NCBI GenBank assembly: GCA_963735455.1
Contig: CAVTKZ010000004.1
Span: forward strand, 43,587-107,586
Source: an uncultured Chloroflexia bacterium
GTDB taxonomy: Bacteria; Chloroflexota; Limnocylindria; Limnocylindrales; CSP1-4
Direction: 5' to 3'
DNA length: 64,000 nucleotides
The translations under genes and the position numbers were made by a program. The notes beneath the pieces are model-generated. The model saw only the letters and a list, made by a program, of their open reading frames with translations. It ran no database searches and was not told the origin of the DNA. Of this stretch, positions 50,147 through 59,012 are shown piece by piece. Each line of letters begins with the position of its first letter. Within the stretch, counting starts at the first letter, position 1.

Positions 50147-51917
50147 ATGGAGGACCGGGGGATCCTGGGCTCAATGCCACGTGAATCTGCGCGCGAGGCG
50201 CGTGGCGCGATCGCCGAACGCCTGGTGTTCGATCGCCTTCGGGCGGTACTGCCGGTGAGCGTCGCGCTGCTTCCCCACGTTCGCTGGCTCCTCCGCGAAA
50301 ACGGTCGCGTTCGCGAGGGAGAGGCGGACATCGTGATCGGCGATCCCAAGCGGGGAATCCTGGTGATCGAGGTCAAGGCCGGCGAGATCCGGCGGGACGC
50401 CGACGGTCGTTGGTGGGCTGGGCCGCACCCGCTGCCGCGCAGCCCGTTCGAGCAGGCGGCGGACAGCCGCCATTCGCTGATCGACAAGCTGCAGGAGTTG
50501 CCGGGCTGGCCGGGGCGTCTGACCCCGATCTCGGGCCATGCGGTCGCATTTCCGCACGTCGAGATGGACACGATGCGCGGTCGGCTCGGCCTGCTCGGGC
50601 CCGATGTTGATGCCGACCTGATCGCCGACCAGTCGACCTTCGTCGACACCGACGCGGGTCGCGCCGAGCTCGGCAGCTTCGTCGACCGGGCATTCGAGGC
50701 CTGGAGCGGCGGGTCGAAGACCCAACCGCCGGGCAAGGTGGCGATCGACCTCCTCGTCGCCACGATGAGCGCGCCCTTCGAGATCACGCCGATGCTCCGC
50801 AACGAGATCGCGGAGGGCGAGTCGAAGGTGGTCAAGCTGACCGCCGAGCAGTTCAGCCTCCTGAACACGCTCCGGAGCATTCGCCGGGCGTCGATCATCG
50901 GCGGCGCAGGCACCGGCAAGACACTGATCGCCGCCGAGAAGGCGCGCCGGCTCGCTCGCGAGGGCTTCCGGACGCTACTTGTGTGCTTCAACTCGCCGCT
51001 CGCCGGAATGCTTGCTGACGAAGTCGCCAAGACCGCCGACGAGACGGGAATGCTCGACGTCAACACGTTCCATCAGCTGTGCGAGGACCTCGGTCGCGAG
51101 GCCGGCGTCCTCGGTCCGCGGCCGACGCCGGTGCGCCAGCCGTGGTTCGACGAGACGCTCCCGCGCGCGCTCGACGACGCGATCGCGAAGCTCGGTCCGC
51201 GCTACCACGCCATCGTGGTGGACGAGGGCCAGGACTTCGACCCCGGCTGGCTACTCTCGCTCGAGGGGCTGCTGTTCGACGGCCGGCAGGACGTCCTGTA
51301 CGTCTTCCACGATCCGGCCCAGGCACTGTTCCGCGAGGACTCGGTCCCGGGGCTCGGGTTAAACGAATATCCGCTCGCGATCAACTGCCGGAACGCGGAG
51401 CCGATCCATGCGCTGATCCAGCGCTTCGCGGGGGAGGGGTTATCGGCCGAAGCACTCCGCCGGGACGGCCGCGCGCCAGAGCTGATCGAAGCCGATGGAC
51501 CCCAGGCGACGATCAAGGCGCCTCCAGAAAGTCCTCCATCGACTGCGCGTCAACGAAGGCGTCAAGCCCTGGGATATCGCGGTCCTGACCGGGGCCGGCT
51601 CGAGGATTCGCCCGTTTCGGCACGTGCCCGGCCGCCAGTTCGGCAACGAGGTCCTCGGCAACCCCGCGGTCGACGATGCAGGTCGCAGCCTCGGCGTGGC
51701 GTCCCGGGACGTGCCCGAGCTCCCGTCGGACATGATCCTGTTCGACACGATCCGCCGCTTCAAAGGCCTCGAGCGGCCGGTGATCATCCTCGTCGAGCTC
51801 AGCAGCGACGACTCGAAGATGCTCGACCGGCTGCTCTACGTTGGTGGATCGAGGGCTCGCCAGCATTTGGTCGCGATCGGCACCACCGAGGTGCTCGCTC
51901 GGCTTTCACGCGGCTAG
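50147..51917 (+). CDS. NERD-domain / UvrD-like (SF1) helicase, with a 1-nt insertion near 51517-51521 (track fragments 50147..51925 and 51495..51917)
   Basis: NERD motif: EADIVIGDPKRGILVIEVKAG. Walker A GGAGTGKT and Walker B VVDEGQDF. After frame repair: LQKVLHRL...WDIAVLTG...FDTIRRFKGLERPVIILV (UvrD_C-like). Confidence 0.8.
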
Positions 51918-51953
51918 CTGGTTAACTCGCGTGCGTTGTCTGATCGGAAGGCC

Positions 51954-54029
51954 CTAATGCCCTGCGTAGGAGCGCCTCGCGGACATGCGTCGCGAGTCTC
52001 GCAATGAGGCGGACGATGTGAGCGCGAGTAGGCCAGCCCGATCGAGCTGCTTCAGACCAAGCGTCGACACCTGCGCGCGCTCCAACGATGCTGGGTACAG
52101 ATCGGCCGGTAGTGCGTCGGCGATGTCCGACACCGACCGTTTTCCGTCCGCTGCAACCAGAAAGTACGCCAACAATGGGCTAACCCGAAGGGTCTCGACC
52201 CGCGAACCATACGGCCGGGTGACGACGAACGACGGGCGCTCCACCTCTGGGCCGGGCGTGGCGCCGGTCCGGAGGCAATCCATGATTGCCCCGATGTCGT
52301 AAGCGAGCGACAGCACACGAACGTGCGGATACGGCCGGGGAATCGAGTCGACAATCGGACCCCAATCAGGCTCATCCTCACGTATTGCTAGATCGAGTTT
52401 TCTCGAATACTCAAGCACCCCTTTGATCGTGGGACTGCTCCCGCGAGCATCGGACCATCGCTCGACGAAAGCCAGGAAGGCTTGTGTCCACTCGATCGAG
52501 CCGTAAAGCTTGGCCCGGCCCGCGTCGTCCAGCCCGACTCCCATCGTGCGGCCAAAGTAGCTCTGCCAGTCCTCGAATAAGTCGAGTACGTCCCCATACT
52601 GTTGTCGAATGGCGACGAGGAGCCACCGGTGGCGGGCGATCAGCCCTTTCAGGAAGAGGCGCAATTCCTGGACGTATGCCCGATCCAAGTGCGCCAGCGG
52701 AAGGCTAAAGAAGCTCACGAAAATGTCAGGATGTGCCTCAATGAGCACTCGGTCGAGGTCCTCCTGAACCCAACCGGAATGCGACAGGTCTGGGTAAGTC
52801 GCACCAAGGATCAGGGCGGATCGGTGCTCGGCCTCGAGTGACGTTCCGTTCAATGGCGTAAGGATGTGCAGTTGCGGATCGACGAGGTCTTCCCTCAGGA
52901 GATCCACCAGCAGGTTGGCAGTGGCTCTCGTGTCTTCCCTCGTCTCTTCGGGGAACCCTAGGATCAAGGACGTTGTCGTTTGAATTCCCCGACGAGCGGC
53001 TTGCCGCACGCGATCGGCGGCGACATCCAAGTTTAGATGTTTATCGATGACCTCCTGAAGGTCAGCCGATCCTGACTCCAGCCCAAAGAAGATTCCACGG
53101 CAGCCCGCCTGGCTCATCAAGTCAATCAGTCCTTCGTCGATCCGGTCGGTCCGTGAGCTGCAATACCAAGTGAAACCCGCACTCTGCTGGATCAGCAAAT
53201 TGCAAAAGTCGACAACCTTGGTGCGATTTGCTGTGAACATGTCATGCACAAGATCGAAGGCACTGACGCCATACCGCGCATTTAGACTCTGCATCTCCTG
53301 GAGGACTCGTCCCGGCGACTTAACGCGGAAACGTCGACTGAAAAAAGAGCTGGTCGAGCAGAAAGTGCAAGCGAATGGGCATCCGCGGCCCAACTCGATG
53401 GGCACATAAGCACCCGCTCGCAGGTCCTCGAAGAGGTGAAAGGCCGGTGGTGGGAGCAAATCCAAATCGGTTAGCAGTGTCGCGTCGGTGTTTCGCACTA
53501 CTTCTGGGCCAGATCGGTACGAGAGTCCAGGCACGGCACCGAAGGTGCGATGGTCCTCGAGCGACTGGACAAATCGCGGGAATGTCTCGTCACCCTCGCC
53601 CCGGACGACCGCGTCGATCCATGGAAACTGTTTCAGTGTCGCTTCATCCACGACCGACGCTTGGGGGCCTCCGAAGACGATCACAGCATCCGGTCGCTCG
53701 ACTTTGAGCGCCTGCGCCACGCGGATCGTAAACGGATAGGTACTCCACATGGTGCTGAACCCGAAAACATTCGCACCCGTGGCACAAAGCTCCGAAACGA
53801 CATGTGAGGCGAACGAGACTCGCTGACTGTCCGACGGATGCAAGTACTCGTAGAGGACACGATTCAAGTCAATGGCAACTGGAGCGTGGCCGGAACGTTC
53901 TAGGGCAGAAGCGAGTGTAAGGATGCCGAGAGGAGCACTCTGCACACGAAGTGCTGCCGCCTCCGGAGCCGAAAGCGAGGTATCTCGGAGCTCGGTGATC
54001 GACGGAGGACTAACCAGGCACACTTGCAT
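51954..54029 (-). CDS. B12-binding-domain (class B) radical SAM enzyme with a roughly 230-aa C-terminal extension containing a PqqD/RRE-like segment
   Basis: The N-terminal cobalamin-domain pattern is VCLVSPP...APLGILTLASALERSGH...VFGFS...VIVFGGPQAS...DAVVRGEGDETF. The radical SAM cluster motif is GCPFACTFC. The C-terminal tail contains LLAYFLVAADGKRSVSDIADAL...LKQLDRAGLL. Confidence 0.9.
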   Translation of the reverse strand: MQVCLVSPPSITELRDTSLSAPEAAALRVQSAPLGILTLASALERSGHAPVAIDLNRVLYEYLHPSDSQRVSFASHVVSELCATGANVFGFSTMWSTYPFTIRVAQALKVERPDAVIVFGGPQASVVDEATLKQFPWIDAVVRGEGDETFPRFVQSLEDHRTFGAVPGLSYRSGPEVVRNTDATLLTDLDLLPPPAFHLFEDLRAGAYVPIELGRGCPFACTFCSTSSFFSRRFRVKSPGRVLQEMQSLNARYGVSAFDLVHDMFTANRTKVVDFCNLLIQQSAGFTWYCSSRTDRIDEGLIDLMSQAGCRGIFFGLESGSADLQEVIDKHLNLDVAADRVRQAARRGIQTTTSLILGFPEETREDTRATANLLVDLLREDLVDPQLHILTPLNGTSLEAEHRSALILGATYPDLSHSGWVQEDLDRVLIEAHPDIFVSFFSLPLAHLDRAYVQELRLFLKGLIARHRWLLVAIRQQYGDVLDLFEDWQSYFGRTMGVGLDDAGRAKLYGSIEWTQAFLAFVERWSDARGSSPTIKGVLEYSRKLDLAIREDEPDWGPIVDSIPRPYPHVRVLSLAYDIGAIMDCLRTGATPGPEVERPSFVVTRPYGSRVETLRVSPLLAYFLVAADGKRSVSDIADALPADLYPASLERAQVSTLGLKQLDRAGLLALTSSASLRDSRRMSARRSYAGH

Positions 54030-54054
54030 GTGTCGCCCCCAGACAGTGGTGGGC

Positions 54055-54315
54055 CTATCCCCGCTTCTTGTATCTGGCCACGAGCGCTGGCAGCTGGGCA
54101 GACTTGTCGAGGGTTAGGTCACCAACTCGGATTGGCGCTGCGGGACCGCTCACTGAGTGGATCTTGAAGTCCTCACTCGGAGTGTGAGTCGCATACGCGA
54201 ACTCCAGCACGCTGAGCCGGAGCGCCTCGGTAAGGTACTTGGCTTCGTCGTCGGTCAGCTGGTCCGGGATCTCCACCAAGAGGGAGACGGCGCGCGGCTT
54301 TTCCTTGGATGCCAT
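54055..54315 (-). CDS. 86-aa hypothetical protein, candidate substrate or partner of the radical SAM enzyme
   Basis: A strong SD (AAAGGAGGGG, with GGAGG 8 nt from the ATG). The stop lies 25 nt upstream of the rSAM start on the same strand, and GC is as low as in the rSAM gene. No Cys; an acidic amphipathic N-terminal half; a basic C-terminus (ARYKKRG). No family recognised. Confidence 0.6.
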   Translation of the reverse strand: MASKEKPRAVSLLVEIPDQLTDDEAKYLTEALRLSVLEFAYATHTPSEDFKIHSVSGPAAPIRVGDLTLDKSAQLPALVARYKKRG

Positions 54316-54391
54316 AAGGATCCCCTCCTTTGGAGGCAGTCTGCGCGCTCCAATAGAAGCACGTCAATACTCCTTCGTTGCCAAAACCGGT

Positions 54392-54458
54392 GGTCTCGAC
54401 TGGGCTCTTCCCAGGTCGCTGCGATGGCCCGATCCAGGCGGCCGGTCGGTCTCGACTG
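54392..54458. promoter_or_regulatory. direct repeat CCGGT(C)GGTCTCGACTG x2 upstream of the rSAM cassette
   Basis: The GGTCTCGACTG core occurs at 54392-54402 and 54448-54458 (56-bp spacing). This is 77-143 nt upstream of the 86-aa ORF, within the divergent intergenic region. Confidence 0.25.
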
Positions 54459-54665
54459 CTACATCAAGGCGACCGGCGCGACGTTTGCCGGGGCTTTCAC
54501 GGCTCTTTCAGGCCAGCGCGGCGCGATCATCTTGCTCGAGGAAGAGTCGAAGGATCCGGGAGTAGCCGGGAGCCGCTAGCAACGTTCGAAGGCGCAGGAC
54601 GCGCATTGTCCCGAGGGTACCGTTCGCCGATACTCCGACTCGTTTCTTGGTGCAGGGGGTGGTCA

Positions 54666-55761
54666 ATGAGCATCGCTTCTCGGCGTGTCATCGCGCTGGC
54701 TGCGGCCATGTTCGCGATGGCGGCCTGCGGCGGCGGAGCGCAGGCGAGCCCAAGCGGCGGCGGAGTGCAGGTGAGCCCAAGTGCCGGCGCGCCGGCCGCG
54801 ACCGCCACGCTTGCTACCCCCTCGGCGGCGGCACTCGGGTCCGCGGTCCCTGCGACGGCCCGCCCCGTCGAGCCCATCGCGTCGATCAAGGTCGGCAATC
54901 TCGCCAACGGCATGGCCGCCGGCCCGACGGGTCTGTGGGTCGTCACCGATGCGGGTCTCGTCCGGATCGATCCCGCGACGAACCAGGTCGCGACGTCCTT
55001 TGCGCTAACGGCAACCACCGACAGCTATCAGTTGGCGGTCACTAGCGACGCGCTCTGGCTGACCGTCTTCGACTCGGACCTCGTCAAGCGGCTGGACCCG
55101 GTCACTGGCAAGACGGTCGCTACCATCGCCAGCCCGCCGGGTCCGGGCCCGATCGCCACGTACAACGGGGAGGTCTGGTTCGGCGGCCACCACGCCGGGA
55201 ATATCAACCGGATCGACCCCGAAGACGAACAAGATCGTCGCGACGGTGCCGGTCAACCCGTCAGGAAATGGCGGCCCGGACAACATCGTGCCGATCCAAG
55301 GGAGCCTGTGGGTCGGGTTCGGCGACTACGCGAAGGTGGTGGAGATCGATCCCAAGTCCGCGAAAGTGACCGCCACCGTCGCCGTCCCCGACACCAACAC
55401 GATGCCGTTCGAGGCCGCTCCAGGCCGCATTTGGGTGTCCTACGCCGGCGACATCCAAGGGATCGCCGTGCTCGATCCCAGCTTGAACGGCGCCCCACAC
55501 CTGATCGACGTCGGGGGCGTTCCAGGCGGCGGAATCTTCACTGGCGGCGCGGTCTGGGTGTCGGTCCTGCTCCATTCCTCGAACCCCCCGGGCGAGCTCG
55601 TGGCGATCGACCCGACGACGAACGCGATCGTGGACAGGGTCACGGTCGCCGATGGTGCGCCCGACCAGGTCCTGGAGGCGTTCGGTTCCATATGGGTCGA
55701 GCTCGGCCTGCAGGGCACGATCGTTCGCCTCGCGCCGGCGGCGCTCACGGTCTCGCCCTGA
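54666..55761 (+). CDS. secreted lipoprotein with beta-propeller-type repeats, with a 1-nt insertion in the C-run 55217-55220 (track fragments 54378..55766 and 55246..55761)
   Basis: Met at 54666 with a lipobox (FAMAAC|G). Repeated ...W.....G.L.RIDP.TN.V blades (LVRIDPATNQV, LVKRLDPVTGKT, INRIDP|KTNKIV after repair, VVEIDPKSAKV, LVAIDPTTNAI). Confidence 0.6.
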
Positions 55762-55789
55762 CCTGATCTCCGCCTCGTTGACCCCTGGC

Positions 55790-56077
55790 TCAGCGTCGGC
55801 GAGAAGGAATCGGCCGGTGGCGATGAAACCCGGCCAAGGCGACGGCGAATCCATTTCGGCTCGTCAGCGTATCCCCCGCTCGGCGCGGAACGTTGCCGAC
55901 GATCGCGTTGGCGTGGCCATGACCCATGCCGTAGTCGTTCTTGAGCAGCCTGACCATCTCCATGTGCCCCAGGTCGCGATGCGGCTCGAGCACCGCGAAC
56001 CAGGCGTCGATCGGCTTGCCGTACTTCGTCTCGATCGAGGCGAAGTAGGCGACGATGCCGGGCGGTCGATCGGGCAT
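55790..56077 (-). CDS. DUF4287-like protein (C-terminal tail looks unnatural; a further indel is possible)
   Basis: Met at 56077. The sequence YFASIETKYGKPIDAWFAVLE...MVRLLKNDYGMGHGHANAIV matches my recollection of DUF4287. Confidence 0.55.
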   Translation of the reverse strand: MPDRPPGIVAYFASIETKYGKPIDAWFAVLEPHRDLGHMEMVRLLKNDYGMGHGHANAIVGNVPRRAGDTLTSRNGFAVALAGFHRHRPIPSRRR

Positions 56078-56114
56078 GATCGGAGGGTAGCAGCCACGCC
56101 GAGGAGCCAGGGCC

Positions 56115-56660
56115 ATGGACCAGAAGAACCTTGCCGACCTCTACCACCTCGACCCAATTCCCTGGTCGCGGGCGCTCGAGGCGCTCGAGTCGGCCGAGCC
56201 GCGGATCCAGACACCGTTCCTGGCCACCACCCGGCCCGATGGTCGGCCGCACGTCGCGGCGGTCGGCGCATTGTGGGACGGCGGCAAGGTCTACTTCGTG
56301 AGCGGCAGCGGGACGCGCAAGAGCCGGAACCTCGCCGAGAATCGGAGCTGCGTCATCTCGATGTCGCTCATCGGGATCGATCTCGTCATCGAAGGCACGG
56401 CGTCCATCGTGACGGACGGCGAGACGCTCGAGCGCCTGGCACAGCGCTACGCCGACCAAGGTTGGCCGGCCGTCGTCAAGGATGGCGCCTTCACCTATGA
56501 CTACAGCGCGCCGAGCGCCGGCCCACCACCGTGGGACCTCTACGCGCTCACGCCAGCGACGGTCTTCGGTGTGCTCACCGTCGAGCCCGGCGGTGCCACC
56601 CGCTGGCGATTCCAGCGTCCTGGACTCGGCGCGGGGCCGGCGGAGGATCGGCCCCTCTAG
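56115..56660 (+). CDS. pyridoxamine 5'-phosphate oxidase-family (split beta-barrel flavin/deazaflavin-binding) protein
   Basis: The pattern LATTRPDGRPHVAAVGALWDGGKVYFVSGSGTRKSRNLAENRSCVI is typical of the PPOX/F420-binding family. Confidence 0.75.
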   Translation: MDQKNLADLYHLDPIPWSRALEALESAEPRIQTPFLATTRPDGRPHVAAVGALWDGGKVYFVSGSGTRKSRNLAENRSCVISMSLIGIDLVIEGTASIVTDGETLERLAQRYADQGWPAVVKDGAFTYDYSAPSAGPPPWDLYALTPATVFGVLTVEPGGATRWRFQRPGLGAGPAEDRPL

Positions 56661-56815
56661 TCGCCCGCGACCTGGTCAGCCGAACGAGGAAACGGCGGAT
56701 CTGACGGGGGCGGCGGCGATTGACAGCCTCCGATCGCAGTCGCCGCTCCACCCATCCTTCTGTTAGGCCCGCGTGCCCCCGCCGATGGGTGGGCAGGCCT
56801 AGCGGGCGGGCAGGC

Positions 56816-57493
56816 CTAGCTGATCGAGTAGGCGACCGTCACGGTCACTTCGAGCTGCTCGGTCGTCGGCTCGCTCGGAGCGGACCCGCCGATCGCGGGC
56901 GGAACGCTCGTGACACCGCCGCTCGAAGGCGCGCTCATCGGCGGTTCGACGACTCCAATCGGCATCGCGTAGTTGCCACCGACCGAGACGCTCAGCGAGA
57001 CGACCCCACCGAGGGTGACCCCGGCGTCGGTCGCAGCCGCCTGCGCTTGTGCCTTCGCATCGGCCATGGCCGCCGCCAGCGCGGAGCGCTGGGCAGCCGT
57101 GCGGTCGGTCAGGTCGAGCTTCACGGTCGCCCAGCCGGTCCCACTCACGACGAGCTCGTGATCGGGGGCAAGGCCGGCGCTGCCGCCCAGGCCCGGGTAG
57201 GGGTAGACCATCGCGCCGCTCGCCGAGCCGCCGCCCGAGGAACCTGCGCTGATGCTCCCGGTCGTCGTCGTCGACCCATTCGGGACTGGCGCGATCGCCG
57301 GCCCGAAGGCGCTGGCAGCCGGGGCACCGATGGCCGGAGCACCGAGCTCGGAGCTGGCCGGGCTCGAGGCCCCGACGACGCTCGAAGGTGCCGCGGCGGC
57401 TGAGCAGCCGCCGAGGAGGATGGCCAGGAGCGGAATGAGCAGGCCGGCGTGTCGCCGGGCAATCAGGGTTCTCGGGGTTGCGAGGCGGTCCAT
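56816..57493 (-). CDS. SIMPL-domain (DUF541-like) lipoprotein
   Basis: Lipobox LLGGC|S, a Ser/Ala/Gly linker, then VSGTGWATV...AMADAKAQAQAAATDAGVTLGGVVSLS...LEVTVTVAYSI, which fits the SIMPL layout. Confidence 0.65.
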   Translation of the reverse strand: MDRLATPRTLIARRHAGLLIPLLAILLGGCSAAAAPSSVVGASSPASSELGAPAIGAPAASAFGPAIAPVPNGSTTTTGSISAGSSGGGSASGAMVYPYPGLGGSAGLAPDHELVVSGTGWATVKLDLTDRTAAQRSALAAAMADAKAQAQAAATDAGVTLGGVVSLSVSVGGNYAMPIGVVEPPMSAPSSGGVTSVPPAIGGSAPSEPTTEQLEVTVTVAYSIS

Positions 57494-57738
57494 CGAGGTA
57501 GCTCCTGTTTAGGTCGGTGGCGATCGGCATCTGCGGCCGGATGCTCTGGAGACGCTCCGGCTGCGATCGCGGTTCCCTCGTCTTCTTCGGGTCCAGCCAG
57601 ATCACGGTCGGCCACCCGAAGATGCCCGTCATCGCGATGACGACCGAGGCCAACGCGATCGTCGCTGCGTTGCCGTGAGGCTCCATAGCCTGCGAGACGT
57701 GGCGACCCCGCGAGCCGGTCCGGGCATAGACTCCGATC

Positions 57739-59001
57739 GTGGTCTTTCCGGCCGGCTGGGACCGACACGACCCTTGGACGCTCCAATTCACTGATCCGAA
57801 CCTGGAGCGCTCCTACCAGCGTGCCGACGAGGTCGAAGGCGTGCGTCGCACCCGGACCGCCAGCCTGGGTGCCGTCGTCGTCTGGTTGCTCGTCGGCCTG
57901 ATCGGCCCGCCGGCGATTGGGACCGCACCCGGCCCGGTCTGGCTCATCTCGGGGGTGATGACGGCGGTCTTACTCGCCTGCGCCGGACTGAGCCACTGGG
58001 CGACGACCCAGCGGCGGCGCGACGCGATCGGGCTCGGCCAGCAACTCATCGCCGGCGTGGCGGTGCTGGCCTTGGTCACGGTGACGGGAACCTTCTCGAC
58101 CTACGGGATGCCCGGGGTGATGCTCACGGCGGTATTCGGGTTCTCGATCACCCGAACGCCGTTCGTGGGTTCGGTCGCCCTGGGGGCCGCCTACTGCCTG
58201 CTCTTCCTGCTCTTTGCGCTGGGCCGCGGGCTCGGGGCACAGTTGCCCCTCCAGCTCTTCGTGGTCGGCGCGACCGTGGTCTGTGGCTGCGCCGGGGCGT
58301 TCCTCCTTGAGCGATCGCAGCGCGCGGCCTTCGCCCAGGGCCAGCTCGTCGGCGCCCTGCACGAACGAGTCGACCAGCTGCTCCACCAGTACCTCTCGCC
58401 CGACGTGGCGAGCGCGCTGATCGAGGATCCCGGCCGGGCCGCCCTTGGTGGCGTCGAGGTCGAGGTGACCGTCCTCTTTGCGGACCTGCGCGGCTATACG
58501 AGCTGGGCCGAGCACCGCACGCCGGCCGAGGTCATGGCGATGCTCAACCGGGCGTTCGGGATCGTCGTGCCGATCGTGCTCGCCGATGGTGGCGCCGTCG
58601 TCCAGTTCATCGGCGACGCGATCATGGCCATCTGGAATGCCCCGACGCCGCAACCCGACCACGCCCTGCGGGCCGCCCGGGCGGCGCTCGCGATGCAGGC
58701 CGCCATCGCCGAGCTGCCTGAGTCGCTCGGGCGGCCGCAGTTCCGCGTCGGGCTGAGCAGCGGACCCGCCCTGGTGGGCAACATCGGCGCGGCCCAGATC
58801 CGGAACTTCTCGGCGATCGGTGATACGACGAACCTTGCCGCTCGGCTGCAGACGTTCGCGCCCGTGGGCAGCGTGGTGATCGCCGCCAGCACCTATGAGC
58901 TCATCGGCGAATCGGCGGATGTCCGGCCGCTCGGTGCACCGGCGCTCAAGGGCAAAGCGGATTCAGTTGAGGTCTACGAACTGTTGGGCTTGCGATCCTG
59001 A
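57739..59001 (+). CDS. membrane-bound class III adenylate/guanylate cyclase (about 6 TM helices plus catalytic domain)
   Basis: Catalytic core: VTVLFADLRGYTSWAE...GGAVVQFIGDAIMAIWNAP...RVGLSSGPALVGNIG...FSAIGDTTNLAARL. Confidence 0.85.
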   Translation: MVFPAGWDRHDPWTLQFTDPNLERSYQRADEVEGVRRTRTASLGAVVVWLLVGLIGPPAIGTAPGPVWLISGVMTAVLLACAGLSHWATTQRRRDAIGLGQQLIAGVAVLALVTVTGTFSTYGMPGVMLTAVFGFSITRTPFVGSVALGAAYCLLFLLFALGRGLGAQLPLQLFVVGATVVCGCAGAFLLERSQRAAFAQGQLVGALHERVDQLLHQYLSPDVASALIEDPGRAALGGVEVEVTVLFADLRGYTSWAEHRTPAEVMAMLNRAFGIVVPIVLADGGAVVQFIGDAIMAIWNAPTPQPDHALRAARAALAMQAAIAELPESLGRPQFRVGLSSGPALVGNIGAAQIRNFSAIGDTTNLAARLQTFAPVGSVVIAASTYELIGESADVRPLGAPALKGKADSVEVYELLGLRS

Positions 59002-59012
59002 CTCGCCGGAGA

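Larger units (their letters stand above)
45060..54340. other. lower-GC accessory island with defence-type gene content (no integrase, transposase or tRNA seen at its borders)
   Basis: Hand counts give 29/60 G+C at 52381-52440 and 28/60 at 53161-53220, against 44/60 at 13561-13620. Gene content: TIR/NDT-like, PLD-helicase, Mrr-like, NERD-helicase, and the radical SAM cassette. Confidence 0.6.

Noticed and set aside
51954-54029. Interpreting the radical SAM gene as a prokaryotic viperin-type antiviral enzyme.
   Set aside because: Viperins are about 300 aa and lack a cobalamin-binding domain. This protein is 691 aa, with a class B N-terminal domain and a long C-terminal extension.
56791-56820. 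13-nt direct duplication GGGCAGGCCTAGC x2 spanning the stop codon of the SIMPL gene.
   Set aside because: It is a short local duplication consistent with slippage. It has no associated structure or ORF consequence that I can interpret.
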